Source: an uncultured Verrucomicrobiae bacterium (lineage in GTDB: Bacteria > Verrucomicrobiota > Verrucomicrobiia > Chthoniobacterales > JAATET01). Taken from it: a stretch of DNA of 64,000 bases. This document shows positions 31,594 through 46,040 of this stretch, one piece after another (the stretch's first letter is position 1; each line of letters opens with the position of its first letter). The notes beneath the pieces are model-generated. The model did not search any database, had not been told where the DNA came from, and saw only the letters and a program-made list of their open reading frames with translations. A program made the position numbers and the translations under genes. The stretch is from contig CAVRCI010000014.1 in assembly GCA_963719495.1 (NCBI GenBank), positions 128,001 to 192,000 of the forward strand. Direction: 5' to 3'.

Positions 31594-33240
31594 TCAGGCC
31601 ATTTTTCCGAGGATGCTGGTGAGGTAGGGGAGGAGCTGTTTTTTGCGCGAGACGACGCCGTCCATTTGCCAGAGGTGGGGGCCGAGTTCGGGGTAGTCGA
31701 TGTGCTTGGTGTAGCCCTTGTCGCCGCGGACGATCAGCACGGAATTCTGCGTGTTGATGTCGGTCACGAGGAGGGCCGAGAAGAGCAGGTTTTTCCCGCT
31801 TCGGAAGGTTTCGAGCGCCTCGATGAGGGCGTCTTTTTTCTCGTCGAAGTGCGAGAAGCTGAGCTCCTCGATCTGCGCGACCGAGAAGGCCTGGCCGCGC
31901 TCGGTGTAGTCCTTGCAATCGGCGGTGACCGCCTGGTCGGCGGTCATGGTGAGGAGCGGCGAGCCGACGGAAAAAATCTCCTCCGCGAGTTTCGCGGGTT
32001 CGACGCCGGTGATCGACGAAAGGTGCCGCATGATGTCGCGGTCGACGTCCGTCGTGGTGGGCGACGAGAGGTTGAGCGTGTCGGAGATGAGGCCGGCCAT
32101 GAGGATGCCGGCAATTTCCTTTGGGATTGGGACGTTGGCCTGCTGGTAGCAGGTGGCGACGATCGTGCTGGTGGATCCGACCGGGCGGTTGAGGAAAAGA
32201 ATTGGCGCTTCCGTCGCCGCCGAGCCGAGCCGGTGGTGGTCGATGATCTCGGCGATCGCGATCTCGTGCGCGCCGTCGACGGCCTGGCTGAGTTCGTTGT
32301 GGTCGACAAGGATGAGCTGCCGGGGGACCGGCTTGAGAAAATCGCTCTTCGAAAGGATGCCGATCAGCCGTTGTTCTTCGTCGATGACGGGGAAGGCGAA
32401 TTGCGACGAGAGCGTGACTTCGCGGCGGGCCTCTTCGAGCGAGGTTTCGGGCGAGATCGACTGGAAATCCGCGTAAAGCATCCGCTCGGCGGTCACGGCG
32501 CTGCGGGCCAGCAGCACGGTGGTGGCGGTGTCGTGCGGGGAACTGATGACGGTCGTTCCGGCGGCTCGGGCAGCCTCGAGCACGTCTTCGCCGACGGGGA
32601 GGCCGCCAGTGACGACGAGCGCCTTGACGCCCATTTTGATGGCCATGTGCTGCACGCGGAAGCGGTCGCCGACGATGAAGACGGTGTGCGGGAGATCGAG
32701 CGTTTTCAGGCGTTCCTCGAGCGAACTCGTGTGCATGGCCGCGACGACGAGGAGGTGGCGGGTGTATTTCTCACAGGGCTCGCCCGCGAGGATCGAGCCG
32801 TGAATCACGGCGGCGATGTTCGCAACGGACGCGTCGACCTCCCGGGCGCTGCCGAGCTCGTCGCGGGGCGGGAAGAGGTATTGGCTGACCTTGAATCCGG
32901 AGATGAGTCCGATGCAGCGGTGATCCTCGTCGACCACGGGCAGGCCCCGGAATTTGGCTTCGCCGATCTGGATCATCGCGTCGTAAACGGGGGACCGCAA
33001 TTTGGCGCAGATGACGTCGCGTTCCATCACGTCCTCGACCCGCGGGCGCACGTCGCTGACGAATTCCGGTGCCGGGACTCCGAATTTCTCGAGGACGAAA
33101 TCGATCCGTTCGTTCGTGCTGCCGCAGCGACCAGCCGTGGTGTCGGGTTCGCCGGTCAGTTGTTTGAGGCGCGCGTAGGCGATGGCCGACACGATGGCGT
33201 CCATGTCGGGATTCTTGTGGCCGATGACGATGGTTTGCAT
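31594..33240 (-). CDS. ppaC: Mn-dependent inorganic pyrophosphatase with CBS/DRTGG domains
   Basis: GHKNPDMD, VDHNE, DHH, SRKKQ; inserted CBS-DRTGG-CBS region. Confidence 0.92.
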   Translation of the reverse strand: MQTIVIGHKNPDMDAIVSAIAYARLKQLTGEPDTTAGRCGSTNERIDFVLEKFGVPAPEFVSDVRPRVEDVMERDVICAKLRSPVYDAMIQIGEAKFRGLPVVDEDHRCIGLISGFKVSQYLFPPRDELGSAREVDASVANIAAVIHGSILAGEPCEKYTRHLLVVAAMHTSSLEERLKTLDLPHTVFIVGDRFRVQHMAIKMGVKALVVTGGLPVGEDVLEAARAAGTTVISSPHDTATTVLLARSAVTAERMLYADFQSISPETSLEEARREVTLSSQFAFPVIDEEQRLIGILSKSDFLKPVPRQLILVDHNELSQAVDGAHEIAIAEIIDHHRLGSAATEAPILFLNRPVGSTSTIVATCYQQANVPIPKEIAGILMAGLISDTLNLSSPTTTDVDRDIMRHLSSITGVEPAKLAEEIFSVGSPLLTMTADQAVTADCKDYTERGQAFSVAQIEELSFSHFDEKKDALIEALETFRSGKNLLFSALLVTDINTQNSVLIVRGDKGYTKHIDYPELGPHLWQMDGVVSRKKQLLPYLTSILGKMA

Positions 33241-33300
33241 GAAAGGGGCGGGACGGTAGCAGGTGATTGGTGATTAGTGAATGGTGAATGGTGAATGGTG

Positions 33301-33682
33301 AGCACCGGAGCCTGGGAGCACCGGAGCCTGGGAAGGCCCGGGGCAGACTGCATCGGCTCTGCGATGCAGCCCGAAGGGCGAGACGCTCGGGAGAGCGCGA
33401 GTCCACGCTCGGGGCAGACTGCATCGGCTCTGCGATGCAGCCCGAAGGGCGAGACGAGCGGGAGCGAGCGAGTCAACACCGGCGGCTGGGAGCACCGGAG
33501 CCTGGGAAGGCTCGGGGCAGACTGCATCGGCTCTGCGATGCAGCCCGAAGGGCGAGACGCTCGGGAGAGCGCGAGTCAACACCGGCGGCTGGGAGCACCG
33601 GAGCCTGGGAAGGCTCGGGGCAGACTGCATTGGCTCTGCGATGCAGCCCGAAGGGCGAGACGAGCGGGAGCGAGCGAGTCAA
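33301..33682. repeat. Tandem array of four REP/MITE-like units (last three at a 103-bp period)
   Basis: Core GGGCAGACTGCAT(C/T)GGCTCTGCGATGCAGCCCGAAGGGCGAGACG at 33341, 33412, 33515 and 33618. Confidence 0.85.
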
Positions 33683-33744
33683 TGGTGAATCGTGGTCGGT
33701 GGGTTTGGGTTGCGCTTGTCGCGCGGGAGGACATTTTTAGGGCG

Positions 33745-34413
33745 ATGGGTATTTGGATTCTTTTCATGATGATTCCGCTGGCGGTTGGTTTGATCGCGCA
33801 GACGCGGGTCGCTCGGGCGTTTGATCAATACAAGCGGATGCGGGCATCGTCGGGTGTCACTGGGGCGGAGGCGGCGCGGGACATCCTGCGGGCGGCGAAT
33901 ATCGATGAGGTCGAAGTCGTCGAGATCAACGGGATGCTCGGCGACCACTACGATCCGAGGCACAAGCGGCTTTGCCTCACCCGGGACGTCTATCGCAACC
34001 CGTCGGTGGCGGCCCTCGGGATCGCGGCGCACGAGGTCGGACACGCGATTCAGCACGCGAGCGCTTACGCGCCGCTCAAGTTGCGGATGGCCGTGGTGCC
34101 GCTCACGCAGGTCGCGTCGACGATCCTGCCCTTCGTGATCTTCGGCGGGATCTTTTTCAAAATGACGGGACTCGTTCCGATTGGGATTGGGTGCTATCTC
34201 ATCATCACGCTCTTTCAGCTGATCACGCTGCCGGTGGAATTCGACGCCTCGCGCCGGGCGAAGACGATCCTTCCGCGGATGGGATTGATTCAGGCCGGAG
34301 CCGAGTCGCAGGGTGTCGATCGGGTGCTCAACGCGGCGGCGCTCACCTACGTCGCGGCGCTCGTGGCGGCACTGTCGAATCTGATCTGGCTCGTGCTGGC
34401 GAGGCGGAGCTGA
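33745..34413 (+). CDS. Zinc metallopeptidase (YugP-like)
   Basis: DHYDP, AAHEVGHAIQ, TLPVEFDAS, AAALTYVA; start reset to ATG 33745. Confidence 0.9.
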   Translation: MGIWILFMMIPLAVGLIAQTRVARAFDQYKRMRASSGVTGAEAARDILRAANIDEVEVVEINGMLGDHYDPRHKRLCLTRDVYRNPSVAALGIAAHEVGHAIQHASAYAPLKLRMAVVPLTQVASTILPFVIFGGIFFKMTGLVPIGIGCYLIITLFQLITLPVEFDASRRAKTILPRMGLIQAGAESQGVDRVLNAAALTYVAALVAALSNLIWLVLARRS

Positions 34414-35204
34414 TGGGTGCGCCGACGGCACCGCCGGTCGTGATGACGATCGCGGGCTCCGACAATTCGGCGGGTGCGGGCGTGCAGGCCGACCTGCGGA
34501 CGATTACGGCGCTGGGCGGTTACGCGCTCACGGCGGTGACTTGCGTCGTCGCCGAGGTGCCGGGAAAAGTCGAGGCCATCGAAGCGGTGAGCCCGGGCCT
34601 GGTCGAGGCGCAGGTGCGGCTGGGATTCGAAGCGTTCCCGGTCGGGGCCGTGAAGACGGGGATGCTGTATTCGGCGGAGATCGTGCGAGCCGTGGTGGGC
34701 GCTTTGAGGGGACGAGACGTTCCGTTGGTGGTCGATCCGGTGATGGTCGCGTCGAGCGGAGATCCGCTGTTGGAAGACTCGGCGGTGGCGGCCTACCGCG
34801 GCGAGCTGATTCCGCTGGCGACGCTGGTAACGCCGAATCTGGACGAGCTCGCCGTGCTGGCAGGGCGGCAGGTCAGAGGGTTCGAAGAGATGGAAATCGC
34901 TGGCGCGGAGCTGGCTCGGAGGTTCGGGGTCGCCTTTTTGTTGAAGGGCGGCCACCTCAAGGGAGCGTTGGCGCGGGATGTTCTCGTGGCTGCGGACGGA
35001 TCGCGGCGGGTCTTCGACGCCCCGTTCGTGGAAGGCGTCGATCCGCACGGAACGGGCTGCACCTACTCCGCGGCGATCGCGATGGGATTGGCCAAGGGCT
35101 TGGATCTCGGAGACGCGGTCGGTCAGGCCAAGTTGCTGATCACAAGAGCAATTACGCTACGGCATTCCTGGGGCGGGACTGAGATCCTGAATGTGAGGGT
35201 TTGA
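34413..35204 (+). CDS. thiD: Hydroxymethylpyrimidine/phosphomethylpyrimidine kinase
   Basis: TIAGSD..GAG.QAD, KTGML, DPVM, TPN, HGTGC. Confidence 0.93.
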   Translation: MGAPTAPPVVMTIAGSDNSAGAGVQADLRTITALGGYALTAVTCVVAEVPGKVEAIEAVSPGLVEAQVRLGFEAFPVGAVKTGMLYSAEIVRAVVGALRGRDVPLVVDPVMVASSGDPLLEDSAVAAYRGELIPLATLVTPNLDELAVLAGRQVRGFEEMEIAGAELARRFGVAFLLKGGHLKGALARDVLVAADGSRRVFDAPFVEGVDPHGTGCTYSAAIAMGLAKGLDLGDAVGQAKLLITRAITLRHSWGGTEILNVRV

Positions 35205-35300
35205 ACAGAAGGGCGCAAAGGTCGCGAAGGAATTCAGAAAGAAAGATGCAGTGCGCAGCGCCTCATCCCCCTTTGCGATCTTTGCGACCTTCTGTTCAAA
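35200..35300. repeat. Palindromic element TTTGAACAGAAGG...CCTTCTGTTCAAA between convergent genes (may act as a terminator)
   Basis: 13-bp perfect outer arms with inner 9-bp-period repeats. Confidence 0.75.
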
Positions 35301-35336
35301 ATCGCATGAAATATTCCCTTTGACCGCGGCTTGTGA

Positions 35337-35759
35337 TCATCGGTCGGCCTCGAACGGATTGAAGAGTTTCGCGCCGCTTCGTTCGAAGTCGCGAGCGTTG
35401 CGGGTGGCAATCGTCAGATCGTGGACGAGAGCCGTCGCCGCCAGGAGGCCGTCGATATCGGGGAGTTTCTGGTCGACGCAAAGGTGTCCCCATCGATCCG
35501 CAATCCGATGGGTGATCGGTAGAATACGGTCGCTGAATTGAACTTCCAGTCCCGTCGCCCAGCGGTCCAACGCGTCGGCCTTTTTTGAATCGCGTCCTCG
35601 GGCGATCTCGATGCCTCGACGGATTTCGCCGAGGACGAGGACGCTGGTGAATAGTTCCGGGTCAGCGACCTCGTCGAACCACGTGACAACGGAAGCGTCC
35701 GCTTGCCTGCCTTTGCGGAGCTCCGAGAGGACATTGGTATCCAGCAGAAAGCCCGTCAA
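35337..35759 (-). CDS. vapC: PIN-domain toxin
   Basis: FLLDTNVLSE, IDGLLAATA..H.L...TRN..DF. Confidence 0.92.
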   Translation of the reverse strand: MTGFLLDTNVLSELRKGRQADASVVTWFDEVADPELFTSVLVLGEIRRGIEIARGRDSKKADALDRWATGLEVQFSDRILPITHRIADRWGHLCVDQKLPDIDGLLAATALVHDLTIATRNARDFERSGAKLFNPFEADR

Positions 35760-35995
35760 AGCTCGGTATCCCGTGAGCTCCGACTGCGAGGGCGCTCGAA
35801 TGTCACGTCGTTCCCGGGATCGGGCATGGCGCGAAGGTAGTCTTTGAACGAGGGTGCCGGAACAGCGTTGCCCGGCAACGATTCCCGAAGAAGGCGTCGG
35901 TGCGCCTCTTCGACCGATACTCCAAGCCGGGAGGCCACGGCACGTAGCTCGCCCACGACTCGGTCTTCGATTTTTCGGACGAGGAGTTGGGCCAT
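35756..35995 (-). CDS. FitA-like ribbon-helix-helix antitoxin
   Basis: MAQLLVRKIED...LR..A...G.SVEE; coupled to vapC. Confidence 0.85.
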   Translation of the reverse strand: MAQLLVRKIEDRVVGELRAVASRLGVSVEEAHRRLLRESLPGNAVPAPSFKDYLRAMPDPGNDVTFERPRSRSSRDTEL

Positions 35996-36151
35996 GGGTT
36001 CACGGTGCTATCAGTGATAGCGTCGCGCAAGGAGGAATTTGAACAGAGCACCGGAGGCTGGGAAGCCTCGGGGCAGACTGGATCGGCTCTGCGATGCAGC
36101 CCGAAGAGCGAGAGGAGCGGGAGCGACCGAGTCAACACGGGCAACGCATTC

Positions 36152-37246
36152 TCACCGCACCACGCGGGCGCCGCCGCCTTTCATGACTTTTTCGACTTCC
36201 TTGACGTTGGCCATGCTCGTGTCGCCGGCGGTCGTCATCGCTAACGCTCCGTGAGCCGCGCCGTATTCGACGGCTTGCTGGGCGTCGCCCATTGTTAGAA
36301 AACCGTAGGTCAGGCCGCTGGCGAAGCTGTCGCCGCCGCCGACGCGGTCCATGATTTCCAATTCCGGATACGGACGGCTTTCGTAGAACTCGCCGTCGTG
36401 CCAGACGATCGCTCCCCAGTCGTTGACGGTGGCCGTTTTCACGCCGCGGAGGGTGGTGGCCGTGGCTTTGAAGTTCGGGAATTTCGTCACCGCCTTGGTG
36501 ATCATTTTCTTGAAGGCGTCGATCTCGAGGTTCTCGAGGTTTTCGTCAGCGCCTTCGACTTCGAACCCTAAGCAGGCGGTGAAGTCTTCCTCGTTGCCGA
36601 TCATGACGTCGACGTATTGGGCGATCTCTTGATTGACCTCCTGGGCTTTCGCGTGGCCGCCGATGGATTTCCAGAGGGACGGGCGGTAGTTGAGGTCGTA
36701 GGAGACGATGACGTCGTGCTTCTTGGCGGCTTTGACGGCTTCGATCACGAGCGCGGGCGTCGTGTCGGAGAGGGCGGCGAAGATGCCGCCGGTGTGGAAC
36801 CAACGGGTGCCGAGCGTTCCGAAGATGTGATCCCAGTCGATGTCGCCGGGCTTCATCTGACTAGCGGCGGTGTTTCCACGGTCCGAACAACCGGCGGCTC
36901 CGCGGATACCGAAGCCACGCTCGGTGAAGTTGATGCCGTTGCGGACGGTGCGGCCGATGCCGTCGTCTTCGGCCCACTGGATGAACCGCGTGTCGACGCC
37001 GCCCTGGAGGATGAAATCCTCCACTAAGCGGCCGACGGCGTTATCGGCGAAGGCCGTTATGATGGCGGTGCGCTGGCGGAAGCAGCGGCGGAGGCCGCGG
37101 GCGACGTTGTATTCGCCGCCGCCTTCCCAGGCGCGGAAATTGCGGGCGGTGTGGACGCGACCTTCACCGGGGTCGAGGCGAAGCATGACTTCGCCGAGGC
37201 TGATGAGGTCGAATTGGCAGTCGGAGGCGTTGCGTATTGGAATCAT
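36152..37246 (-). CDS. kdgK: 2-keto-3-deoxygluconate kinase (PfkB family)
   Basis: GEVMLRL, DLNYRPSLW, DRVGGGDSF; adjacent to eda. Confidence 0.85.
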   Translation of the reverse strand: MIPIRNASDCQFDLISLGEVMLRLDPGEGRVHTARNFRAWEGGGEYNVARGLRRCFRQRTAIITAFADNAVGRLVEDFILQGGVDTRFIQWAEDDGIGRTVRNGINFTERGFGIRGAAGCSDRGNTAASQMKPGDIDWDHIFGTLGTRWFHTGGIFAALSDTTPALVIEAVKAAKKHDVIVSYDLNYRPSLWKSIGGHAKAQEVNQEIAQYVDVMIGNEEDFTACLGFEVEGADENLENLEIDAFKKMITKAVTKFPNFKATATTLRGVKTATVNDWGAIVWHDGEFYESRPYPELEIMDRVGGGDSFASGLTYGFLTMGDAQQAVEYGAAHGALAMTTAGDTSMANVKEVEKVMKGGGARVVR

Positions 37247-37275
37247 GTTGATGGTTATTAGTGATTAGTTGTTGG

Positions 37276-37905
37276 TTATGCAGCTTGCTTCGCAAGCTTG
37301 ACTGCCGAGGCGATGAGGGCGGTGACTTCGTCCATTTTGCCTTCGCCGATTTTGTCGGTTGGGACCATCCAGCTTCCGCCGCAAGCCAGGACCTTGGGGA
37401 AAGCGAGGTAATCGAGGAGATTTTTTTCGGTGATGCCGCCGGTCGGGACGAATCGCATCATTCCGTAGGGGGCGGCGATGGCTTTGAGGGTCTTCAGGCC
37501 GCCCATGGCTTCGGCGGGGAAGAATTTGACGGCGGTGAGGCCGTGGTCGAGGGCCATTTCGATGTCGGTCGGGTTACTGATGCCGGGAGTGACCGGGATG
37601 TTGTTCTCGACGCAGTAGCCAACGACTTTTGGATTGAAACCGGGGGAGATGATGTAGGTCGCGCCATTGTCGACGGCCAGTTTGACTTGGTCGACTTGAA
37701 GGACGGTGCCCGCTCCGACGAGGAGATCCTTGTTTTGCGCCATGATCCTGATGGATTCGGCGGCGGCGGCGGTGCGGAAAGTGACTTCGGCGACGGGCAG
37801 GCCGCCTTCGATGAGCGAGTTGGCCAACGGTGCGGCGTGGTCGGCGGACTGCAGCGCGATGACGGGGACGAGACGATGGGAGGCGAGTTGTTCGATGATG
37901 GTCAT
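37276..37905 (-). CDS. eda: KDPG/KHG aldolase
   Basis: EVTFRT, GAGTVL, KFFPA, PTGGI. Confidence 0.93.
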   Translation of the reverse strand: MTIIEQLASHRLVPVIALQSADHAAPLANSLIEGGLPVAEVTFRTAAAAESIRIMAQNKDLLVGAGTVLQVDQVKLAVDNGATYIISPGFNPKVVGYCVENNIPVTPGISNPTDIEMALDHGLTAVKFFPAEAMGGLKTLKAIAAPYGMMRFVPTGGITEKNLLDYLAFPKVLACGGSWMVPTDKIGEGKMDEVTALIASAVKLAKQAA

Positions 37906-37945
37906 AGAATGAAATTAGAAATGGGGAATGAGAAATGGCGAGCGC

Positions 37946-38725
37946 CTAAAGGCGGGGGAGGGTGAGGCCGCCGTCGACCATGATCGTTTGGCCGGTCGAA
38001 TACGGGAAAGTCCCATTCGCCAAGGCTGCGACGGTGAGTCCAATGTCCTCCGGTGCACCCCAGCGCGGGGTGACGCAGAGGCCGTCGGCGATGAGTTTGT
38101 CGTATTTTTCGGTCACGCCGGCGGTCATGTCCGTCTTGATGACTCCGGGGCGCACTTCGTAGACGGGGATGTGGTGTTCGCCGAGCCGGGCGGCGAACAG
38201 GGTGGTCATCATGGCGATGCCGGCCTTCGCGACACAATATTCGCCGCGGTTCACGCTGGCGACCGTTGCGGAGACGGAGCCGACGTTGATGAGGGCGTAA
38301 AATTCGTCGGGGGCGGCTTGCTTCTGCTCGACCATCCAGTTGGCGGCGAGCTGGCTCAGGAAATAAGGCCCTTTGAGGTTTGTTCCGACGACATAGTCGA
38401 AGCTTTCTTCGGTGGCTTCGAGGATGTCCTTGCGCTCTTTGGGCGCGACGCCGGCGTTGTTGACGAGGACGTTGAGGCGGCCGAATTCGGTGCGGATGCG
38501 GTCAATCATCGCCTGGCGGGCCGCGGCGGATCCGATGTCTCCCTGGCAGTAGACGACCTTGGCTCCGAGGGATTCGAGCTTGGCGATGGGTTCGGCGACC
38601 TGGTCGGCGGGACGCATTCCGTTGATGGCGACGTCGAAGCCGCTCTTGGCCAAGTGCTCGGCGCAGGCGAGGCCGATTCCTCGGGAGCCTCCGGTGATTA
38701 ACGCTACGGATTTATGATTTGCCAT
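37946..38725 (-). CDS. Short-chain dehydrogenase/reductase
   Basis: TGGSRGIG, NNAG, YCVAK. Confidence 0.9.
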   Translation of the reverse strand: MANHKSVALITGGSRGIGLACAEHLAKSGFDVAINGMRPADQVAEPIAKLESLGAKVVYCQGDIGSAAARQAMIDRIRTEFGRLNVLVNNAGVAPKERKDILEATEESFDYVVGTNLKGPYFLSQLAANWMVEQKQAAPDEFYALINVGSVSATVASVNRGEYCVAKAGIAMMTTLFAARLGEHHIPVYEVRPGVIKTDMTAGVTEKYDKLIADGLCVTPRWGAPEDIGLTVAALANGTFPYSTGQTIMVDGGLTLPRL

Positions 38726-38828
38726 TTATGATTTACGATTTGGTGGAGAGTGCGGCTTCGCCGGGTTGGGACGGCTTCCGAGCTGGAAGCTCGAAAGTGC
38801 GAGCTGGAAGCTCGCGGTCCCCCGATTG

Positions 38829-39977
<1,149 letters not shown>

Positions 39978-40017
39978 TGGAGTGAAATGTTGTTGGTTAT
40001 TAGTTCTTGGTTATTGG

Positions 40018-40467
40018 TCATTCCGGCTTCGCCGTGCATTGGGGGGCGGCTCCGGCGGGGAGGGGTGGGGTGTCGCCGACTCCGGCGGGCGGGAGGGTGC
40101 CGTCGAGCTCCTGGCGCCAGTGGGCGACGTCGCCAGCGGGGCCGTAGCAGTAGATCATGCGAAGGGGCGTGTCGCCGACGTTGGTGAGCTGGTGGAAGAC
40201 GCCGCTGGGGATGTAGACGGCTTGGCCGGTGCTTAGGGTTTGCTTTTCCTCGCCGAGACACATTTCGCCGGTGCCTTCGACGATGAAGTAAACTTCCTCC
40301 TGTTCCTGATTGTGCCACGGGACCTGGCCTCCGTTGGGGTCGAGGGTGACGTTGCCGAGGGCGAAGGCGGTGGCCTGGATCGGGGCGACGCCACCGACGA
40401 GGTTTTGGGTGGCGCGTTGGGCCGGGAAGCGGCGGCCGGTGATTTGGGAAAGGTCGGAAATGGTCAT
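40018..40467 (-). CDS. Cupin-domain protein
   Basis: PWHNQEQEEVYF..EG, G..VYIP.G.FH.L.N. Confidence 0.85.
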   Translation of the reverse strand: MTISDLSQITGRRFPAQRATQNLVGGVAPIQATAFALGNVTLDPNGGQVPWHNQEQEEVYFIVEGTGEMCLGEEKQTLSTGQAVYIPSGVFHQLTNVGDTPLRMIYCYGPAGDVAHWRQELDGTLPPAGVGDTPPLPAGAAPQCTAKPE

Positions 40468-40502
40468 GGGTCGTGGGAGTTTTGTCCTAGGGGTTGGTCA
40501 TT

Positions 40503-40608
40503 CTCTTTCTCTTAATCCTAATCGTTGTCTTACTCTGTTGTTCAGAAATGAGACCGTGAGTGGATTGGGGGGATTGAGTAGGACTAGGATTAAGATTAAG
40601 AGAAAGAG
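40503..40608. repeat. Intergenic inverted repeat with GATTAA-hexamer arms
   Basis: ctctttctcttaatcctaatc / gattaagattaagagaaagag: 21-bp arms, one mismatch. Confidence 0.7.
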
Positions 40609-40611
40609 GAG

Positions 40612-41994
40612 TTAATTGATGCCGGCGTAGTAGGTGTAGTAGGGGGCGTCGTTGGCTAAGCGGCCAAGGTAGATTGCCAGCTCGCGGGCGTGGTAGTCGC
40701 CCCACATGCTGGATTCGCCGTTGGGGACTTTGCTGCCTTCGGGAATGTGATCCCAGCCGTTCGGTCGGTGATAGATGCTGTGCAGGATGAGACCTTGGTG
40801 GCTGTCCTTTTCGCTTAGGTAGGGGGCGGAGAAGAGCGTGTTGGCGGCGGTGAGGCCGGCTTGGGTGTATTTGGCGGCCTTTTCCGCGTTGCCTTTGCCT
40901 TCGTGGTATTTGCCGAGGCGGAGGAGGCCCTGTGCGCCGATGGCGGCGGCGGAGCTGTCGACGGGTTCGTAGTCGTTGTCCGGCTCGGCGGGGCGGTCGA
41001 GGTAGTTGCCGAGCTTGTGGATGAGCGGGGCTCCGGTGTCCCAGTAGGGAATTCCGTCGGTCGGAGTGTTCTCGATGTAGAAGTCACACGTGGCTTCGGC
41101 GGCTTTTAGCCAAAGCGATTCAATGGCTTCGCGTCCGCCGAATTCGTCGAGCGTGGCGTCGTCGAGGGTGGCGAGGAATTCGAGTTCTTCGGGGTAGCCG
41201 ACCATGGCCCACGAGAGGCCGCGGGTCCAGGTGGTGAAGCCGGAGAAGCCTTGCTGGCTGTTTGGGCAGCGGAAGGCTCCGTCGTTGCGATTGAAAACGG
41301 CTTCGTGCGCGGTGCGGCCGCGGACGTCGTAGTGGTCGCGGCCTTCGCCATACCAGACGTTGAACTTCGCCGTTGCCGCCAGGTGTTGGATCGCGCGGTG
41401 CAGGAGGGAGATCGGCTTGTCGCCCTCGCCCATCAGGACGTGTCCGAGCTGGTGGCCCGCCATGAGGACACGGCAGGACCGGACCGTGTCGACGAAGAGC
41501 GAATGGGGTCCGTTGAACGAATAGATGTAACCTCCGTCGGGAATCGCCGACCAGCGGGCGGCCTGCACGGCGGCGGACGTCTTGATGGCTAATTTGTAAA
41601 ACTCGGCTTCCCATTCGTTCGTTTCGATGCGGCCTTCGCGCATGAGGCGGAGGAGGTTGCCGTAGGTCGAGAGGTTGTTGAAACCGTGGTCGTGGACGCC
41701 GACGTGGCTGACGTGCGAGGCCATCCGGTCGACGGTGTTGCGGCGGGCAATTTCGAGGAATTGCTCGTCGCTGGTGGCGTCGAATTGCAGGACGGCCGAC
41801 CCGTAGACGAAGCCCTCGGTCCATTCGGTCCAGCCGCGGGTCGAGTATTTCCCGGCGACGGTGTAGACGGGGGTGCCGTTGGATTTGTCGTAGTTGCGCT
41901 CGATGTCGAGGATTTTGCGACCGGAATGGTCCCAGAAATTGGCGAGCTTGGGGGCGAGCGACGCGGGGGTGAGGGTGGAGTTGTGGTGGATCAT
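40612..41994 (-). CDS. GH88-like unsaturated glucuronyl hydrolase
   Basis: WTEGF, HDHGF, WTRG.SW, PYWD, DSSAAAI, WGDY. Confidence 0.8.
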   Translation of the reverse strand: MIHHNSTLTPASLAPKLANFWDHSGRKILDIERNYDKSNGTPVYTVAGKYSTRGWTEWTEGFVYGSAVLQFDATSDEQFLEIARRNTVDRMASHVSHVGVHDHGFNNLSTYGNLLRLMREGRIETNEWEAEFYKLAIKTSAAVQAARWSAIPDGGYIYSFNGPHSLFVDTVRSCRVLMAGHQLGHVLMGEGDKPISLLHRAIQHLAATAKFNVWYGEGRDHYDVRGRTAHEAVFNRNDGAFRCPNSQQGFSGFTTWTRGLSWAMVGYPEELEFLATLDDATLDEFGGREAIESLWLKAAEATCDFYIENTPTDGIPYWDTGAPLIHKLGNYLDRPAEPDNDYEPVDSSAAAIGAQGLLRLGKYHEGKGNAEKAAKYTQAGLTAANTLFSAPYLSEKDSHQGLILHSIYHRPNGWDHIPEGSKVPNGESSMWGDYHARELAIYLGRLANDAPYYTYYAGIN

Positions 41995-42000
41995 TCGGGT

Positions 42001-42112
42001 CGGAAGGTCGGAAGGTCGGAAGGTCGGAAGGTCGGAAGGTCGGAAGGTCGGAAGGTCGGAAGGTCGGAAGGTCGGAAGGTCAGAAGGTCAGAAGGTCAGA
42101 AGGTCAGAAGGT
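42001..42112. repeat. Octamer simple sequence repeat (CGGAAGGT)10(CAGAAGGT)4
   Basis: Counted directly from the sequence. Confidence 0.95.
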
Positions 42113-42185
42113 CAGGGCACCGGCGGCTGCATCGGCTTCCGGCAGTTGCCGGACCCGGAGGGCGGAGCGAGCGAGTCAACATGCC

Positions 42186-42749
42186 CTAATAGCGGTGGGG
42201 TTTGCGGAGATGGATGAGCAGGAACTCGGTGGCTTCGAGGGCCTCGTAGGTGTGCTCCTGGACGGCGTCGAATTGGAGCGCGTCCCCGGTCTCCAGCGTG
42301 TGCCGCTCGCGGGGGAGTTCGATTTTGAGACTGCCGCTGAGGACCCAGCAGATTTCGTGATCGTCGTGGTGGACGTCGGGGCGGTGCAGCCGACTGCCGG
42401 CTTTCGCGCGGGCGTGGAAGCAGTGCGCGTTCGAGTAGTCGATGCGCTCGAAACTGAAATCCCCCGACTGGTAGGTGACGGCGCTGGTCTGGTGGGACGT
42501 GCGGGATTCCGCGAGGCCGAGGAGGTCGGAAGCGGTGAGCCCGAAGACGCGGGCCAGCCGGTGGAGGGTTTCGAGTTCCGCACTGGCGAGGTTGCGCTCG
42601 AGCTTGGAAATGACGGCTGTGGAAACGCGGGAGCGCTCGGAGACGTCGCCGATGGTGAGATCAGCCCGCTTGCGAAGGTCGCGGAGGACGGTGAAGTCGA
42701 ATGGGGGGAGATGGTCTTCAGCTGGGGGCATTAAGTTCTTCGAAGACAT
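42186..42749 (-). CDS. XRE-family HTH regulator with cupin domain
   Basis: LRK...LT...VS.....S.AVISKLER; C-terminal HHDDHEICWVLSG; start may be ATG 42731. Confidence 0.85.
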   Translation of the reverse strand: MSSKNLMPPAEDHLPPFDFTVLRDLRKRADLTIGDVSERSRVSTAVISKLERNLASAELETLHRLARVFGLTASDLLGLAESRTSHQTSAVTYQSGDFSFERIDYSNAHCFHARAKAGSRLHRPDVHHDDHEICWVLSGSLKIELPRERHTLETGDALQFDAVQEHTYEALEATEFLLIHLRKPHRY

Positions 42750-42827
42750 ATAGGGCGTTGCTTTGTGCTGTCAAAGAAAATCAATTGGATTTGAATTCAG
42801 TTCGACCGTTCGCGCCGCTGCCGGTCT

Positions 42828-46036
<3,209 letters not shown>

Positions 46037-46040
<4 letters not shown>

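Noticed and set aside
33301..33682. CRISPR array call
   Set aside because: The sequences between cores are themselves repeated, so there are no unique spacers.
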